A DNA stretch of 64,000 nucleotides from a bacterium (GTDB taxonomy: Bacteria > Patescibacteriota > Dojkabacteria > JAKAPS01 > JAJZLI01). The notes below the pieces were generated by a model that saw only the letters and a list, made by a program, of their open reading frames with translations, had not been told where the DNA came from and did no database searches. Position numbers and translations under genes: made by a program. Of the stretch, positions 31,048 through 40,383 are shown piece after piece; position 1 is the stretch's first letter, and each line of letters opens with the position of its first letter. The DNA lies in NCBI GenBank assembly GCA_021791275.1, contig JAJYWX010000003.1, forward strand, positions 29,641-93,640. Reading direction: 5' to 3'.

Positions 31048-31521
31048 CTAATTCTCTACATCAATAATCTCATATTCAACATTATTCCCCTCTATCTCTA
31101 CAGTTACACTATCTCCTTTAGATTTACCCAGCAGTACACTACCTAAAGGAGAGTCTCCAGATATTTTATTTTCCATAGGATCACTCTCATTTGTCCCAAC
31201 TATCTGAAACACTTTTTCTTTGCCTGCATGAGATACCTTCACTTTAGATCCAACTTGAACTAAATCGCTAGCTGAATTTTCTTCTACAATAACATAATTA
31301 TTTAATATATCCTCTATTTCAGAAACCCTAACTTCATTAATTTCTCTAGCCAAAAGCCCTGCATGGTAAGCTTCATTTTCAGATAAATCTCCCTCAGCTC
31401 TAGCAAGATTGATTTCTTTATTAATTCTATCTCTTTCCTTAAGCTTCTCTTTATATTCTTTTTGTAAAGATTCCAACCCCTTCTTAGTAAGAACATTAGG
31501 TGTTGGTTTATTAATAGCCAT
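31048..31521 (-). CDS. greA: Transcription elongation factor GreA
   Basis: N-terminal coiled coil with acidic tip (AEGDLSENEAYHA) and a C-terminal FKBP-like domain. Confidence 0.85.
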   Translation of the reverse strand: MAINKPTPNVLTKKGLESLQKEYKEKLKERDRINKEINLARAEGDLSENEAYHAGLLAREINEVRVSEIEDILNNYVIVEENSASDLVQVGSKVKVSHAGKEKVFQIVGTNESDPMENKISGDSPLGSVLLGKSKGDSVTVEIEGNNVEYEIIDVEN

Positions 31522-31623
31522 ATAAATAAAAATTTAACAAAATAAGGATAAAGATACTCAAATTTCTAAATTTAGTATCTATTAATTAGATAATCTTATC
31601 ATAAAATTGGACAAATTAATATA

Positions 31624-32541
31624 TTAGTAATAAAAAGCTAACCCTGCTACGGTGATAGCATTATCACCACAAATAGATATATCTGGTACATAGATATTAA
31701 ATTCATTATTATAACTTAGAAGCTCTTCTCTTAAAGCTTTATTGGCAGCTACTCCTCCGGAAAGTGTAATTGTATTTATTTTAAAATCTCTTGCTGCTCT
31801 TATTGTTTTTCTTATCAAAATATCTACACACGCATACTCAAAACTTGCCAATGTATCTTCCACAGAGAGAGAATCCTTATTATTCTTTATATAATTAGAT
31901 ACTGCAGTTTTTATGCCAGAGAATGAGAAGTTATAATCCTTGCTATTTTCCATAGGCCTTGGGAAATTTATAGCTTCCCTATTACCTTTCATAGCTAATT
32001 TAGAAACAATAGGACCTCCGGGATAACCTAAATTAAACATTCTTGCAACTTTATCAAACGCCTCACCACAAGCATCATCCAAGGTGGAACCTATTACTTC
32101 CATCTCTGTTGGAGATTTTACTTTTATTATCTGTGTATGACCTCCAGATACCAATAATGATATATGAGGAAATTCTATATCGGGATGTTCAAATATATTT
32201 GCATATACATGAGAATATAGATGGTTTATATCTATAACCTCTAAATCCCAAGAGCGTGCAAGGCCATAGGCAAAGCTTACTCCAACAAGAAGCGCAGGAA
32301 TAAGCCCCGGATTAGTTGTTACAGCAATTCTATCCGGTTTTTCCCCATTCATACGGCTAATTATATCTGCTACAAGAACTGGTAAGACTTCTATATGCAT
32401 TCTCGATGCTCTCTCCGGTATTACACCTCCCGTATTAGAATGTAGTTGAGAGGAAGCAGTTGTATGTAAAAGCTTATGCCCATCCTCAACTAAAGCTACT
32501 GCTGTATCATCACAAGATGTTTCAATTCCTAATATTATCAT
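31624..32541 (-). CDS. tsaD: tRNA N6-adenosine threonylcarbamoyltransferase TsaD
   Basis: MIILGIETSCDDTAVALV and HxxxH-type metal site (LYSHVYANIFEHP...GGH). Confidence 0.9.
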   Translation of the reverse strand: MIILGIETSCDDTAVALVEDGHKLLHTTASSQLHSNTGGVIPERASRMHIEVLPVLVADIISRMNGEKPDRIAVTTNPGLIPALLVGVSFAYGLARSWDLEVIDINHLYSHVYANIFEHPDIEFPHISLLVSGGHTQIIKVKSPTEMEVIGSTLDDACGEAFDKVARMFNLGYPGGPIVSKLAMKGNREAINFPRPMENSKDYNFSFSGIKTAVSNYIKNNKDSLSVEDTLASFEYACVDILIRKTIRAARDFKINTITLSGGVAANKALREELLSYNNEFNIYVPDISICGDNAITVAGLAFYY

Positions 32542-33014
32542 ATTTCTGAAATGTACAAAGGTAAAACTTTCAATGGATCATCGAATTTTTTCTTCTCGAA
32601 CCTAGATAATATAATACTGAGAAAAGTATTATAATCAATCTCTTCAAAATTTGATCCTACCTCAACTCTATAACCACTATCATCTTTTATGTATACCTTT
32701 CCCCTACCCGCATCTACAATAAGGTTTTTTTTATCCTTTTTTAAAACATCAAAAGAAGATATTGCAATGAGAGGTACTCCTTTTCCATAACAGTATCCTT
32801 TAGTATATGCCAAGGATACCTTGGTTCGAGTAAAAGATCCTGGACCTTTATTTATACCAATAATATCAATATTTGGAATTGATTTAAAAGTAGAATTTAA
32901 TGATGAGAATATATCTCTACCCTCATATGAAAAATCTTTAAATATTTTTTTATCTTTACATAAAAATGCTTTTAAGAAATTATGTCTTGTTGCATCAATA
33001 ATTAATGTATTCAT
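32538..33014 (-). CDS. tsaB: TsaB (YeaZ) homolog, short form
   Basis: Contains GPGSFTRTKV (compare the GPGSFTGLRIG signature) and lies between tsaE and tsaD. Only 158 aa. Confidence 0.6.
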   Translation of the reverse strand: MNTLIIDATRHNFLKAFLCKDKKIFKDFSYEGRDIFSSLNSTFKSIPNIDIIGINKGPGSFTRTKVSLAYTKGYCYGKGVPLIAISSFDVLKKDKKNLIVDAGRGKVYIKDDSGYRVEVGSNFEEIDYNTFLSIILSRFEKKKFDDPLKVLPLYISEI

Positions 33015-33481
33015 CTTATTATATCAATATATCTTATATTATCCTTACCTTCAAAATTTATTACTATCTTTTTGTAATCGTCTAAAATCCTTATATATTT
33101 ATCTGCCCACTCTATTATAACAATACCATCATATAAAGTATCAAAAAAATCTACTCCTAGAAGGTCTTCTTTATTATCCATTCTATACCAATCAAAATGA
33201 TAAACCATACCCTTTTTAGACTTATGATCTGATCTCAAAATAAAAGTTGGAGATAAAACATCTTCCTCTACACCAAGCGAGGATAGTAGATACTTTGTAA
33301 AGGTAGTTTTTCCTGCACCTAAATCTCCGACAAGACATATTATCTCGTTACCTTTAAGACTTTTCCCAAATTCTCTTGCTATTTTTTCAGTATCTTTGAG
33401 ACTTTTTGAGGTATATTTCATAATTTTAAAGTATATCACAAAAATATTTACACCAAGGAATGTATAGAGTAAAATACCCAA
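33011..33481 (-). CDS. tsaE: tRNA threonylcarbamoyladenosine biosynthesis ATPase TsaE
   Basis: Walker A LVGDLGAGKTTFTKYLL, at YjeE-like size. Confidence 0.8.
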   Translation of the reverse strand: MGILLYTFLGVNIFVIYFKIMKYTSKSLKDTEKIAREFGKSLKGNEIICLVGDLGAGKTTFTKYLLSSLGVEEDVLSPTFILRSDHKSKKGMVYHFDWYRMDNKEDLLGVDFFDTLYDGIVIIEWADKYIRILDDYKKIVINFEGKDNIRYIDIIR

Positions 33482-33485
33482 TATT

Positions 33486-34790
33486 ATGAATGAAACATTA
33501 GATATAAAAGATATAAGGTGGGGAGCCTCAACTGCAGGACATCAATCAGGAGATAATTCAGGGATCGATGTAGATTGGGTTGAATTTGAGAAAAGAAAAG
33601 CAGAAGAATGGGCAGAAGATTTTGCACCTGGAACAGATTTTGGAAATGGACCCATTGGAGAAGATATTTATGAAAGGATGAAATCAGATGCAAAAAATCC
33701 TGATAATTATATATCCGGAAAGGGAACTGAATGGGCAGATGGAAGATATAAAGAAGATTTAGATATTGCAAAAGATTTAGGGCTAGAGTCTATTAGATTT
33801 TCAATTGAAAGATCAAGAGTAGAGGTAAGTGAAGGAGAATTTTCTGAAGAAGCAATAAAATATTACAAAAGTATAATCAAGGAATGCAGGAAGAGAGGAA
33901 TTGAGCCTATGATAACTCTTTTCCATTTTACAAATCCCACATGGTTTAGTAGAAAAGGTGGATGGGAAGATAAAGAATCTGCACAAAATTTTAGCAGATA
34001 TGTAGGAAAACTTTTAAAAATTCTTGACGAAGATATAAAATATATAATAGTTATAAATGAACCTGATATATATACACTGCAAGGATATGTATGGGGGAAT
34101 TGGCCACCAGAGAAGAAATACTCCCTTATAAATGTTTATAGAGTAAGAAAAAATCTAATTGAAGCACATAAAAGCTCTTTTGATTTAATAAAGGGATATA
34201 ATTCAGAGTCTCAAGTATCTAGTGCAGTTAATCTAACTCACTTTGAACCCAAAACTCCAGCAATAGAGGATTATTTCGGATCTGTCATTTTAGAAAAAAT
34301 AGTCAATGAAGGATTCTTACCATATATATCAGGCCATATGAATTTTATAGCAATTAATTGCTATTTCCATTGCTTAAAAAAGGGTATTTTTCCTTGGAAA
34401 GGTTTATTCGAAAATGATGAGCAGGAAAAAAGATCTGACCTAGGAATATATATAAACCCTATAAGTATATATAAAATCCTTTTATACCTTCATGGAAGGT
34501 ATCCTAATTTACCTATTGAAATAACAGAAAATGGAGTAGCTGATAGGAATGACACTTTGAGACCAGACTTTATAAGAAAAACTCTCTATTATGTTGCAAA
34601 AGCTATACATGCTGGAGTACCGGTGAGATCATACTACCATTGGTCATTAACTGATAATTTTGAGTGGGATAAAGGATTCGCCGCAAGATTTGGGCTAATA
34701 GGAATAGACTATGAAACACAAAAAAGAACTGTAAGGGAATCGGCAAGGGTATATCAAGAGATTATAAGATCTGGAAGAGTTTCTATATAA
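33486..34790 (+). CDS. Glycoside hydrolase family 1 (beta-glucosidase/beta-galactosidase-like)
   Basis: Acid/base motif VINEP and nucleophile motif ITENG (LPIEITENGVAD). 434 aa. Confidence 0.85.
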   Translation: MNETLDIKDIRWGASTAGHQSGDNSGIDVDWVEFEKRKAEEWAEDFAPGTDFGNGPIGEDIYERMKSDAKNPDNYISGKGTEWADGRYKEDLDIAKDLGLESIRFSIERSRVEVSEGEFSEEAIKYYKSIIKECRKRGIEPMITLFHFTNPTWFSRKGGWEDKESAQNFSRYVGKLLKILDEDIKYIIVINEPDIYTLQGYVWGNWPPEKKYSLINVYRVRKNLIEAHKSSFDLIKGYNSESQVSSAVNLTHFEPKTPAIEDYFGSVILEKIVNEGFLPYISGHMNFIAINCYFHCLKKGIFPWKGLFENDEQEKRSDLGIYINPISIYKILLYLHGRYPNLPIEITENGVADRNDTLRPDFIRKTLYYVAKAIHAGVPVRSYYHWSLTDNFEWDKGFAARFGLIGIDYETQKRTVRESARVYQEIIRSGRVSI

Positions 34791-34791
34791 T

Positions 34792-35190
34792 TTATATATT
34801 AATATACTTTGAATATTCTCCTATTACAGGTAAATTGACCATTTTACCATTCATACTATTATATATTCCAATTAGTATAAAAATAAATATAAATAAATCT
34901 AGAATAATATCTACTATCAAAAATAATATATTTATAAACGGAATCCAAGCTAGAATAAATGTAAGAACTGGAACTATAACCACCACTATTATATCTATAA
35001 TCAAAAGTACAATGGATTGTTTTACATGAAACTTAAAAAAATTATCTTTTTGTAATTCCTCTGATATAAAATAAATTAAAATACCAACTACTAAATATGA
35101 AACTGCAGATAGAATTTTTTGATTTTGAGAAATATTTTCACTATCCATTAACCTAATGTATTTAGTATCATAAAACAGACAAAAAAACAA
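34792..35190 (-). CDS. Hypothetical small membrane protein (3 TM)
   Basis: 132-aa ORF. Hydrophobic, with no recognisable motif. Confidence 0.35.
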   Translation of the reverse strand: MFFCLFYDTKYIRLMDSENISQNQKILSAVSYLVVGILIYFISEELQKDNFFKFHVKQSIVLLIIDIIVVVIVPVLTFILAWIPFINILFLIVDIILDLFIFIFILIGIYNSMNGKMVNLPVIGEYSKYINI

Positions 35191-35328
35191 TCATACTGGC
35201 ATATGTTTTAATACCAATTGAGCTTAAAGTGCCTCAGATCGAACCGCTTTTAGTATGGATTATAAAAATAATAGAAGGTAATATGTAATATTTTCACACA
35301 TAATCAATGGGCTCAATTTAACCATTTA

Positions 35329-35769
35329 CTATTCTAGTTTAAAATCTAAAATATATTTAACAGACGTTATTTTATTTTTTGTATTATTAAACAACTTTTT
35401 GTCTGCTGTAATGAAATCATATTTCAAAAATTGTGAAAGTGTGACATAAGAAGCATCATAAAAAGATAAATTATATTTTATTGATATGTTTAATATATCT
35501 AAATAAATTTCTTTTAAATCATAAAAAATTATTCCATAGTCATTAAAGAGACTTAAAGACTCTTTAGCTACGTTGACATCCAATTTCTTTAATCTTACTG
35601 CTGTTGAAAATACATTACCAATCTCATAATTGAGTATTGCTGGAGAATGCAAATTTATTTGCCCTGTATCATATAAATGTTTCAATTTTAGTGCAATATC
35701 AAGATGTTCTTCTTTCCGAAATTGTAAATACCATTTAACGATAATTGAATTATCTAGAATTAAATTCAT
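35329..35769 (-). CDS. vapC: PIN-domain toxin (VapC-like)
   Basis: N-terminal LILDNSIIVKWY with the first acidic D, plus further acidic residues (DASYV, TAD) near the C-terminus. Its ATG overlaps the stop of the upstream small RHH-like gene. Confidence 0.6.
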   Translation of the reverse strand: MNLILDNSIIVKWYLQFRKEEHLDIALKLKHLYDTGQINLHSPAILNYEIGNVFSTAVRLKKLDVNVAKESLSLFNDYGIIFYDLKEIYLDILNISIKYNLSFYDASYVTLSQFLKYDFITADKKLFNNTKNKITSVKYILDFKLE

Positions 35770-36014
35770 TTCAAGTCTTTTTTACTTTCTATAACAATAT
35801 CAGAGAAATCTTTGATTTTTAAGTTTTCTCTAATTTTATCTATTTTTGTACCTATTCTTAACCTTTGGCTATTATCATTTATATCTTGCATTCCTCTAAG
35901 AATCAACATATTTATTACTTTTTGTAAAGATACTTTTTGGTTATACGCAATATCCCGTGCTTGTTTTATTAATACACTATTTATTCTAATTGTTGTTCTT
36001 TCCATTTTATCCAT
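35766..36014 (-). CDS. vapB: Antitoxin, ribbon-helix-helix/CopG-like (VapB-like)
   Basis: 82 aa. MERTTIRINSVLIKQARDIAYNQKVSLQKVINMLILRGM fits the beta-strand then two-helix RHH pattern. Overlaps the vapC start. Confidence 0.5.
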   Translation of the reverse strand: MDKMERTTIRINSVLIKQARDIAYNQKVSLQKVINMLILRGMQDINDNSQRLRIGTKIDKIRENLKIKDFSDIVIESKKDLK

Positions 36015-36035
36015 ATAACCATATTAGCATGAAGA

Positions 36036-36048
36036 TGACATGATGTCA
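36036..36048. promoter_or_regulatory. Perfect palindrome TGACAT-g-ATGTCA, a candidate antitoxin operator 22 bp upstream of vapB
   Basis: Read directly from the sequence. RHH antitoxins commonly autoregulate via inverted repeats. Confidence 0.4.
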
Positions 36049-36144
36049 AGATGTATATTATTAAATCAGGCATTTCGAACCGAATTTATAGGCAAGTTCT
36101 ATCAATACATTTGAGATATTTTCAAGTGGTAGTGTCGCATCACT

Positions 36145-36218
36145 TGACCTTGGCGGGATTCGAACCCGCGATTACCAGGATGAGAACCTGGTGTCCTAGT
36201 CCACTAGACGACAAGGCC
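36145..36218 (-). tRNA. tRNA-Glu (anticodon CTC)
   Basis: Reverse complement reads GGCCTTG TC GTCTAGTGGACTAGGAC A CCAGG TTCTCAT CCTGG TAAT CGCGGG TTCGAAT CCCGC CAAGGTC A. The cloverleaf has a 7-bp acceptor stem (one G-U), a T-loop TTCGAAT and an anticodon loop TT-CTC-AT. CCA is not encoded. Confidence 0.85.
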
Positions 36219-36284
36219 ATTTATAAGCAAAATTATAACATAAAATAAATTTACATTTTGTATTTTTTTTAGTAACATGAAAAC

Positions 36285-37046
36285 ATGCATAAAGTAAAAG
36301 ATTTTATCCTGCCCACCAAAGCAAATAACTTTAAATCTCCCCTACTTTCAAATAAAGCATTGACAGTATATTTCATTTTTCTATTATTTATAAATATAAT
36401 ACTTCCAATTTTCGCAATAAAATCAAACGTATCTATATTATCCCTATACAATAATATTAATAAATATAGAGAGGATCATAATTTAAAAGATTATGTATTT
36501 AGTAAATCCTTGTCTCAATCAGCTCAATTTATTATCGATGATATACAAAGATATCAGTATTTATCTAGAATAAACCCAATTACAGGATATACGTATTATT
36601 CTTTTATTGATACTAAGAGATTTTCTAATAACAATGAAATAATACTTAAAAATTATAACCTATCTAATATCAACACACAAAATATATTTAACTCATATTC
36701 AAACGCGATATTAAATAAGACAAATGATATTGGTATAGCGACTCAAAAAATTAATTTTTTTGGAACACCCTCATACATAACAGTTATTCTTACAGCCTAC
36801 GGAAACTCAAAAAATACGACACCGGTTTTTACAAGCAATACTCGAGGAGAATTTATTGATTACTCAATAATAACTTATACGGATTTCTTACTTATAATAT
36901 TTATACTTTCTTTAATGTTTTTAGATATAACATTTTCTATTTATTACAATTCTTTTGAAGATAAAAGCATCCCGCATACCAATTTCGCAATGGTTGTAAT
37001 TGCAATACTTATTATATTAATCTTAGTTATTGGAATAAGCATATGA
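36285..37046 (+). CDS. Hypothetical membrane-anchored protein with extracytoplasmic domain (weak CAP/SCP-like resemblance)
   Basis: 253 aa with an N-terminal TM, a soluble domain of about 150 aa (NNINKYREDHNLKDY...), then 2 C-terminal TM helices. Confidence 0.35.
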   Translation: MHKVKDFILPTKANNFKSPLLSNKALTVYFIFLLFINIILPIFAIKSNVSILSLYNNINKYREDHNLKDYVFSKSLSQSAQFIIDDIQRYQYLSRINPITGYTYYSFIDTKRFSNNNEIILKNYNLSNINTQNIFNSYSNAILNKTNDIGIATQKINFFGTPSYITVILTAYGNSKNTTPVFTSNTRGEFIDYSIITYTDFLLIIFILSLMFLDITFSIYYNSFEDKSIPHTNFAMVVIAILIILILVIGISI

Positions 37047-37858
37047 AGAAATTAATAAAATATAATATTGAAATATTAACTTTGCTCTTCTTCGTTTCTT
37101 TGCAAATATTGATTTTTTTGCTTTTTATATCTTCAATAAATTTCATACTTATATATATATTTATAATTGACCTTATAGTCATAGTATCTTTAATTGATGG
37201 AACGAAGAAATTTAAAGAAAATGTAAAAGAAAAAAAGATTTCTAAAAATGATAAAAATATATACTTCTATAATCAACTCATAATACCTTTAGTTTTATTT
37301 CTATCTACAGAAGTATTCTTAATAATTAACAGATTTAATATCTATTTTTCAGAGCTTACACTTATAATAACAGTAGTATTATTTTTTACATCACTAAAAT
37401 ACTTTGAAGCTTATTTTGAAGTATTTGAATTTAGTGAGAAAGCACATTTTACAATAAATGCTGTAAAGCTTTTTATATTCTTTATACTTATATACTCCCT
37501 TTTTGAGGTATCATCAATCCTTTATATATCCCAATATATACAGTCAGCATTTGTACTACTTATATCTTTTGCACTAATATTAATGATAATGCAAAGAAAT
37601 AAGATTTATTCATTAAAATTTATACTCTACTCTTTTTTAATTTCTCTATTTATATCTTTAATATCTCTTTTAGAAAATATTTATCTGCAGAATGTACTTC
37701 TTACAACATTTTCTATATCTTTAATATTTTATTTTTTTGAAAATATACTCCATCATAAATTTCATAATACACTCACCAGAGAGATTATTATTCAATACAT
37801 CTTAATAATATTAATACTATTTCTTCTAATTAAAGGTGTTGTTGGACTATCTCTATGA
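37043..37858 (+). CDS. Hypothetical polytopic membrane protein
   Basis: 271 aa with 7-8 hydrophobic helices. Start overlaps the upstream stop. Confidence 0.35.
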   Translation: MKKLIKYNIEILTLLFFVSLQILIFLLFISSINFILIYIFIIDLIVIVSLIDGTKKFKENVKEKKISKNDKNIYFYNQLIIPLVLFLSTEVFLIINRFNIYFSELTLIITVVLFFTSLKYFEAYFEVFEFSEKAHFTINAVKLFIFFILIYSLFEVSSILYISQYIQSAFVLLISFALILMIMQRNKIYSLKFILYSFLISLFISLISLLENIYLQNVLLTTFSISLIFYFFENILHHKFHNTLTREIIIQYILIILILFLLIKGVVGLSL

Positions 37859-38145
37859 AGAAATTAAAGGTTAAAAAACTATCTAATATTCAAGATAAAT
37901 CTTTGGGAAAGATAAAGTATAAAGATGAGAATATTTTCTTTAAAACAAGATTCGGTATTCATACATTTGGAATCAAAGAAAAAATAACAGTAGTTATACT
38001 AGATAATGATTTCAAGGTGAAGACAATTAAGGAAGTTTTGCCAAATAGATTATTTTTTTGGAATATAAAATATAAGAATGTAATCGAGCTAAATGAAGAT
38101 AATACGATAGACTTAAAAATTGGAGATAAAATTGAAATATACTAG
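37855..38145 (+). CDS. DUF192 (COG1430)-like small protein
   Basis: FGIHTFGIKEKITVVILDNDFKV...IDLKIGDKIEI resembles the IHTFGM...DVxFLDxDGxV...GD core of DUF192. Confidence 0.4.
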   Translation: MKKLKVKKLSNIQDKSLGKIKYKDENIFFKTRFGIHTFGIKEKITVVILDNDFKVKTIKEVLPNRLFFWNIKYKNVIELNEDNTIDLKIGDKIEIY

Positions 38146-38146
38146 A

Positions 38147-39406
38147 TTAAAAGACCGCCGCAAAAAATATATTACCAGGATCATATCTTAGACCTCCTCC
38201 CATATTTTGACCAAATGTAAGATTTGGGCCAAACCAAGGATCCTGCATAGTACCAGATGCTCCAACAGCACCAGTCATTGTTACAAAATGTGTACCAAAA
38301 GGATTATCTGGAACATAGAATCCTATAACTACTGGAGAAGAAGGTGATGCATATGCATCTATTTCAGATATAGATGGATTGTATATCAATTGTTGAACAC
38401 CAGGTAGAGACCCAAATTCCGTTCCCCCATTACCTGTCCAATATGAGACTGCTGAATAAGGATTAAATCCTGTATTTCCTATTAAATTTTCAGCCATAAT
38501 TGCAGCAATTAAAGAACACCCAGCGTTACTGTAAGTATCCCCAGATGAATCTAATACATATCCTCCCCATGAAGGACATTCTTGAGAATAATAAAATCCA
38601 GTATTACAAGGTACATTAGCAGGTATTACACCAGGAGTTCCTTCTGAAAGCTCTAAGCTTGCAATTTTTTGAAGTATAGATTGCTGTTGTTGTTGGATTT
38701 GGGAATTGGAAGATTGAAGTGAATTATTACTACTTTGGAATTGAGATTGCTCATTTTTAAGTGCATTTTGGTCCGCAATAAGAGAATCCTCTGTTGAAAC
38801 CTCTTGGTTATAAAGGCTCTGTGCATCATTTTGTTTTAATACCAATGAAGATTTATTTGCATTAAGAGATGAGATCAAAGCATCCATTTTTATAACTAAA
38901 TCATTTTCATGAGTCATAGTAGCCTTATAATAAACAACAGACTCAATAGCACTATTAATGTTTGAATTTCCCATAAACATTGTTACTGGAGGTATGTATG
39001 TTTCCTCATATCCAGATTTTGCATTTTGATCTATTTTTCCTTTTATAACAGATATTTGGTTCTCTTCTGAGGCAATCTGAGCATTTAAAGCATTTATTTG
39101 AGAATCTAACTGATCTATTTGAGCTTTTTCATTATTAACTAATACTTGTTTTTGAAATATTAGCTGTTGATAACTATTGATTTGCGCTTGAAGGTTTGAA
39201 ATATTATTATTATTTTGTTGTATTTTTTGTTGATTTTGATTTATAAGATTCTGAAGATCATTGTACTGCTGTTGTAGTGCACCAAGAGATGAAGTTGCAT
39301 TAACAACCTTGGGCTTTGCTAACATAAGAGGATATATCACTATTGATGTAATTAAAAATAGAAATAAAGCTAATCTTATTTTTTTATATTTAAAAAATAT
39401 ATTCAT
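38147..39406 (-). CDS. Secreted coiled-coil protein with C-terminal papain-like cysteine peptidase domain (Peptidase_C39-like/CHAP-like), a putative FtsEX-regulated cell-wall hydrolase
   Basis: N-terminal signal/TM segment, then about 230 aa of Q/N-rich heptad-like coiled coil. The C-terminal domain has catalytic-type Cys (SNAGCSLIAAIMA) and His (GTHFVTMTGAVGASGTMQDPWFG), matching the C39-like pattern. It lies directly downstream of ftsE-ftsX. Confidence 0.6.
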   Translation of the reverse strand: MNIFFKYKKIRLALFLFLITSIVIYPLMLAKPKVVNATSSLGALQQQYNDLQNLINQNQQKIQQNNNNISNLQAQINSYQQLIFQKQVLVNNEKAQIDQLDSQINALNAQIASEENQISVIKGKIDQNAKSGYEETYIPPVTMFMGNSNINSAIESVVYYKATMTHENDLVIKMDALISSLNANKSSLVLKQNDAQSLYNQEVSTEDSLIADQNALKNEQSQFQSSNNSLQSSNSQIQQQQQSILQKIASLELSEGTPGVIPANVPCNTGFYYSQECPSWGGYVLDSSGDTYSNAGCSLIAAIMAENLIGNTGFNPYSAVSYWTGNGGTEFGSLPGVQQLIYNPSISEIDAYASPSSPVVIGFYVPDNPFGTHFVTMTGAVGASGTMQDPWFGPNLTFGQNMGGGLRYDPGNIFFAAVF

Positions 39407-39456
39407 ATACTTGAGTCACATTACAATATAGCATAAAGAAAAATGTGTTTCAAATG

Positions 39457-40383
39457 TTATTTTTTAAGATACCTAGAAATGGCTATAAAAGAAGAGATTG
39501 AGCCTATAATAATTCCCAATAAAACTTCAACAAAAATTATTTCCAAAATAAGTAAAGGAGAATATTGAGGTATAGGTATTCCTTGGAAGAAACTTAGAAG
39601 AGGTAAAATTACAGACTCTCTATAATAAGTATTTAAAACTAAAAATATTAGATAAAGTATTATTGATGATGCAAATACACCAATTATTCCATAAAATGCA
39701 CCTTCAAATATAAATGGGCCAGAGACATAGGTATCAGTTGCCCCAACTAACTTCATTATCTCTATTTCCTCGGAGTGAGAATTTATTGTTATAGCAACAG
39801 TTATTATTATTATTACAAAAGATATTATAGATAAAAATACAATAAGTCCTATACCAATACTTGTAATAATAGATACAGCCTTTTTAAGAAACTGTACAAC
39901 ACTCTTAAAGTAAAGAATATTGTTTATTTCCCCCTTACTTTGAGATTTTAATTTATATAATATACCCGCAATATATTCTAAATTAGATAAATTATTCGTA
40001 CTTATTTCATATGATGGAGGTAGTGCATTTAAATCTACCGCCTTTGCAAGTTGAGGGTTTTGCGTTTTTAATGTTTTTTCAAAGTTTACAAAAGCCTGTT
40101 TTTTAGAAACATATTTTATTTCTGTTGCCCTATGAGTATTTTCTATATCTTTTTTAACTGCAGATATATAAGAGGCTGGTGCATTTGGATTAAAAAACAG
40201 TATGATTTGAGATTTAGATTCATAGTAGTGTAATACTACATTTACAGAATACACAGTCAAGGAAAATATCGATATAACAAAAAAAGTAAGGGTCATTATC
40301 GCTATAGAGGCAAATGAAAGCCATCCATTTCTTATTATATGTTGATATGTGTATTTTAAAACTCTTTCCAGTTTAAGCATCAT
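39457..40383 (-). CDS. ftsX: Cell division ABC transporter permease-like protein FtsX
   Basis: 308 aa with 4 TM helices and an extracytoplasmic domain between TM1 and TM2. Overlaps the ftsE stop. Confidence 0.8.
   Translation of the reverse strand: MMLKLERVLKYTYQHIIRNGWLSFASIAIMTLTFFVISIFSLTVYSVNVVLHYYESKSQIILFFNPNAPASYISAVKKDIENTHRATEIKYVSKKQAFVNFEKTLKTQNPQLAKAVDLNALPPSYEISTNNLSNLEYIAGILYKLKSQSKGEINNILYFKSVVQFLKKAVSIITSIGIGLIVFLSIISFVIIIITVAITINSHSEEIEIMKLVGATDTYVSGPFIFEGAFYGIIGVFASSIILYLIFLVLNTYYRESVILPLLSFFQGIPIPQYSPLLILEIIFVEVLLGIIIGSISSFIAISRYLKK

Noticed and set aside
31314-35029. Short ORFs at 31314..31496, 32043..32237, 32821..33120, 33484..33771 and 34835..35029
   Set aside because: Each is embedded in or antisense to greA, tsaD, tsaB/tsaE, the GH1 gene or the small membrane protein. 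None has a motif.
35225-35265. Possible degenerate tRNA in the intergenic region left of vapC (contains ATCGAACCG)
   Set aside because: Only a T-loop-like 9-mer is present and no cloverleaf can be drawn. It is better explained as an att-like repeat remnant (see the vapBC finding).
36051-36451. ORFs at 35812..36018 (+), 36051..36248 (+) and 36269..36451 (-) around the tRNA
   Set aside because: The 36051..36248 ORF simply translates the tRNA-Glu sequence (it contains GFEPAITRM from the T-arm). The other two overlap the better-supported vapB gene and the gene at 36285..37046.
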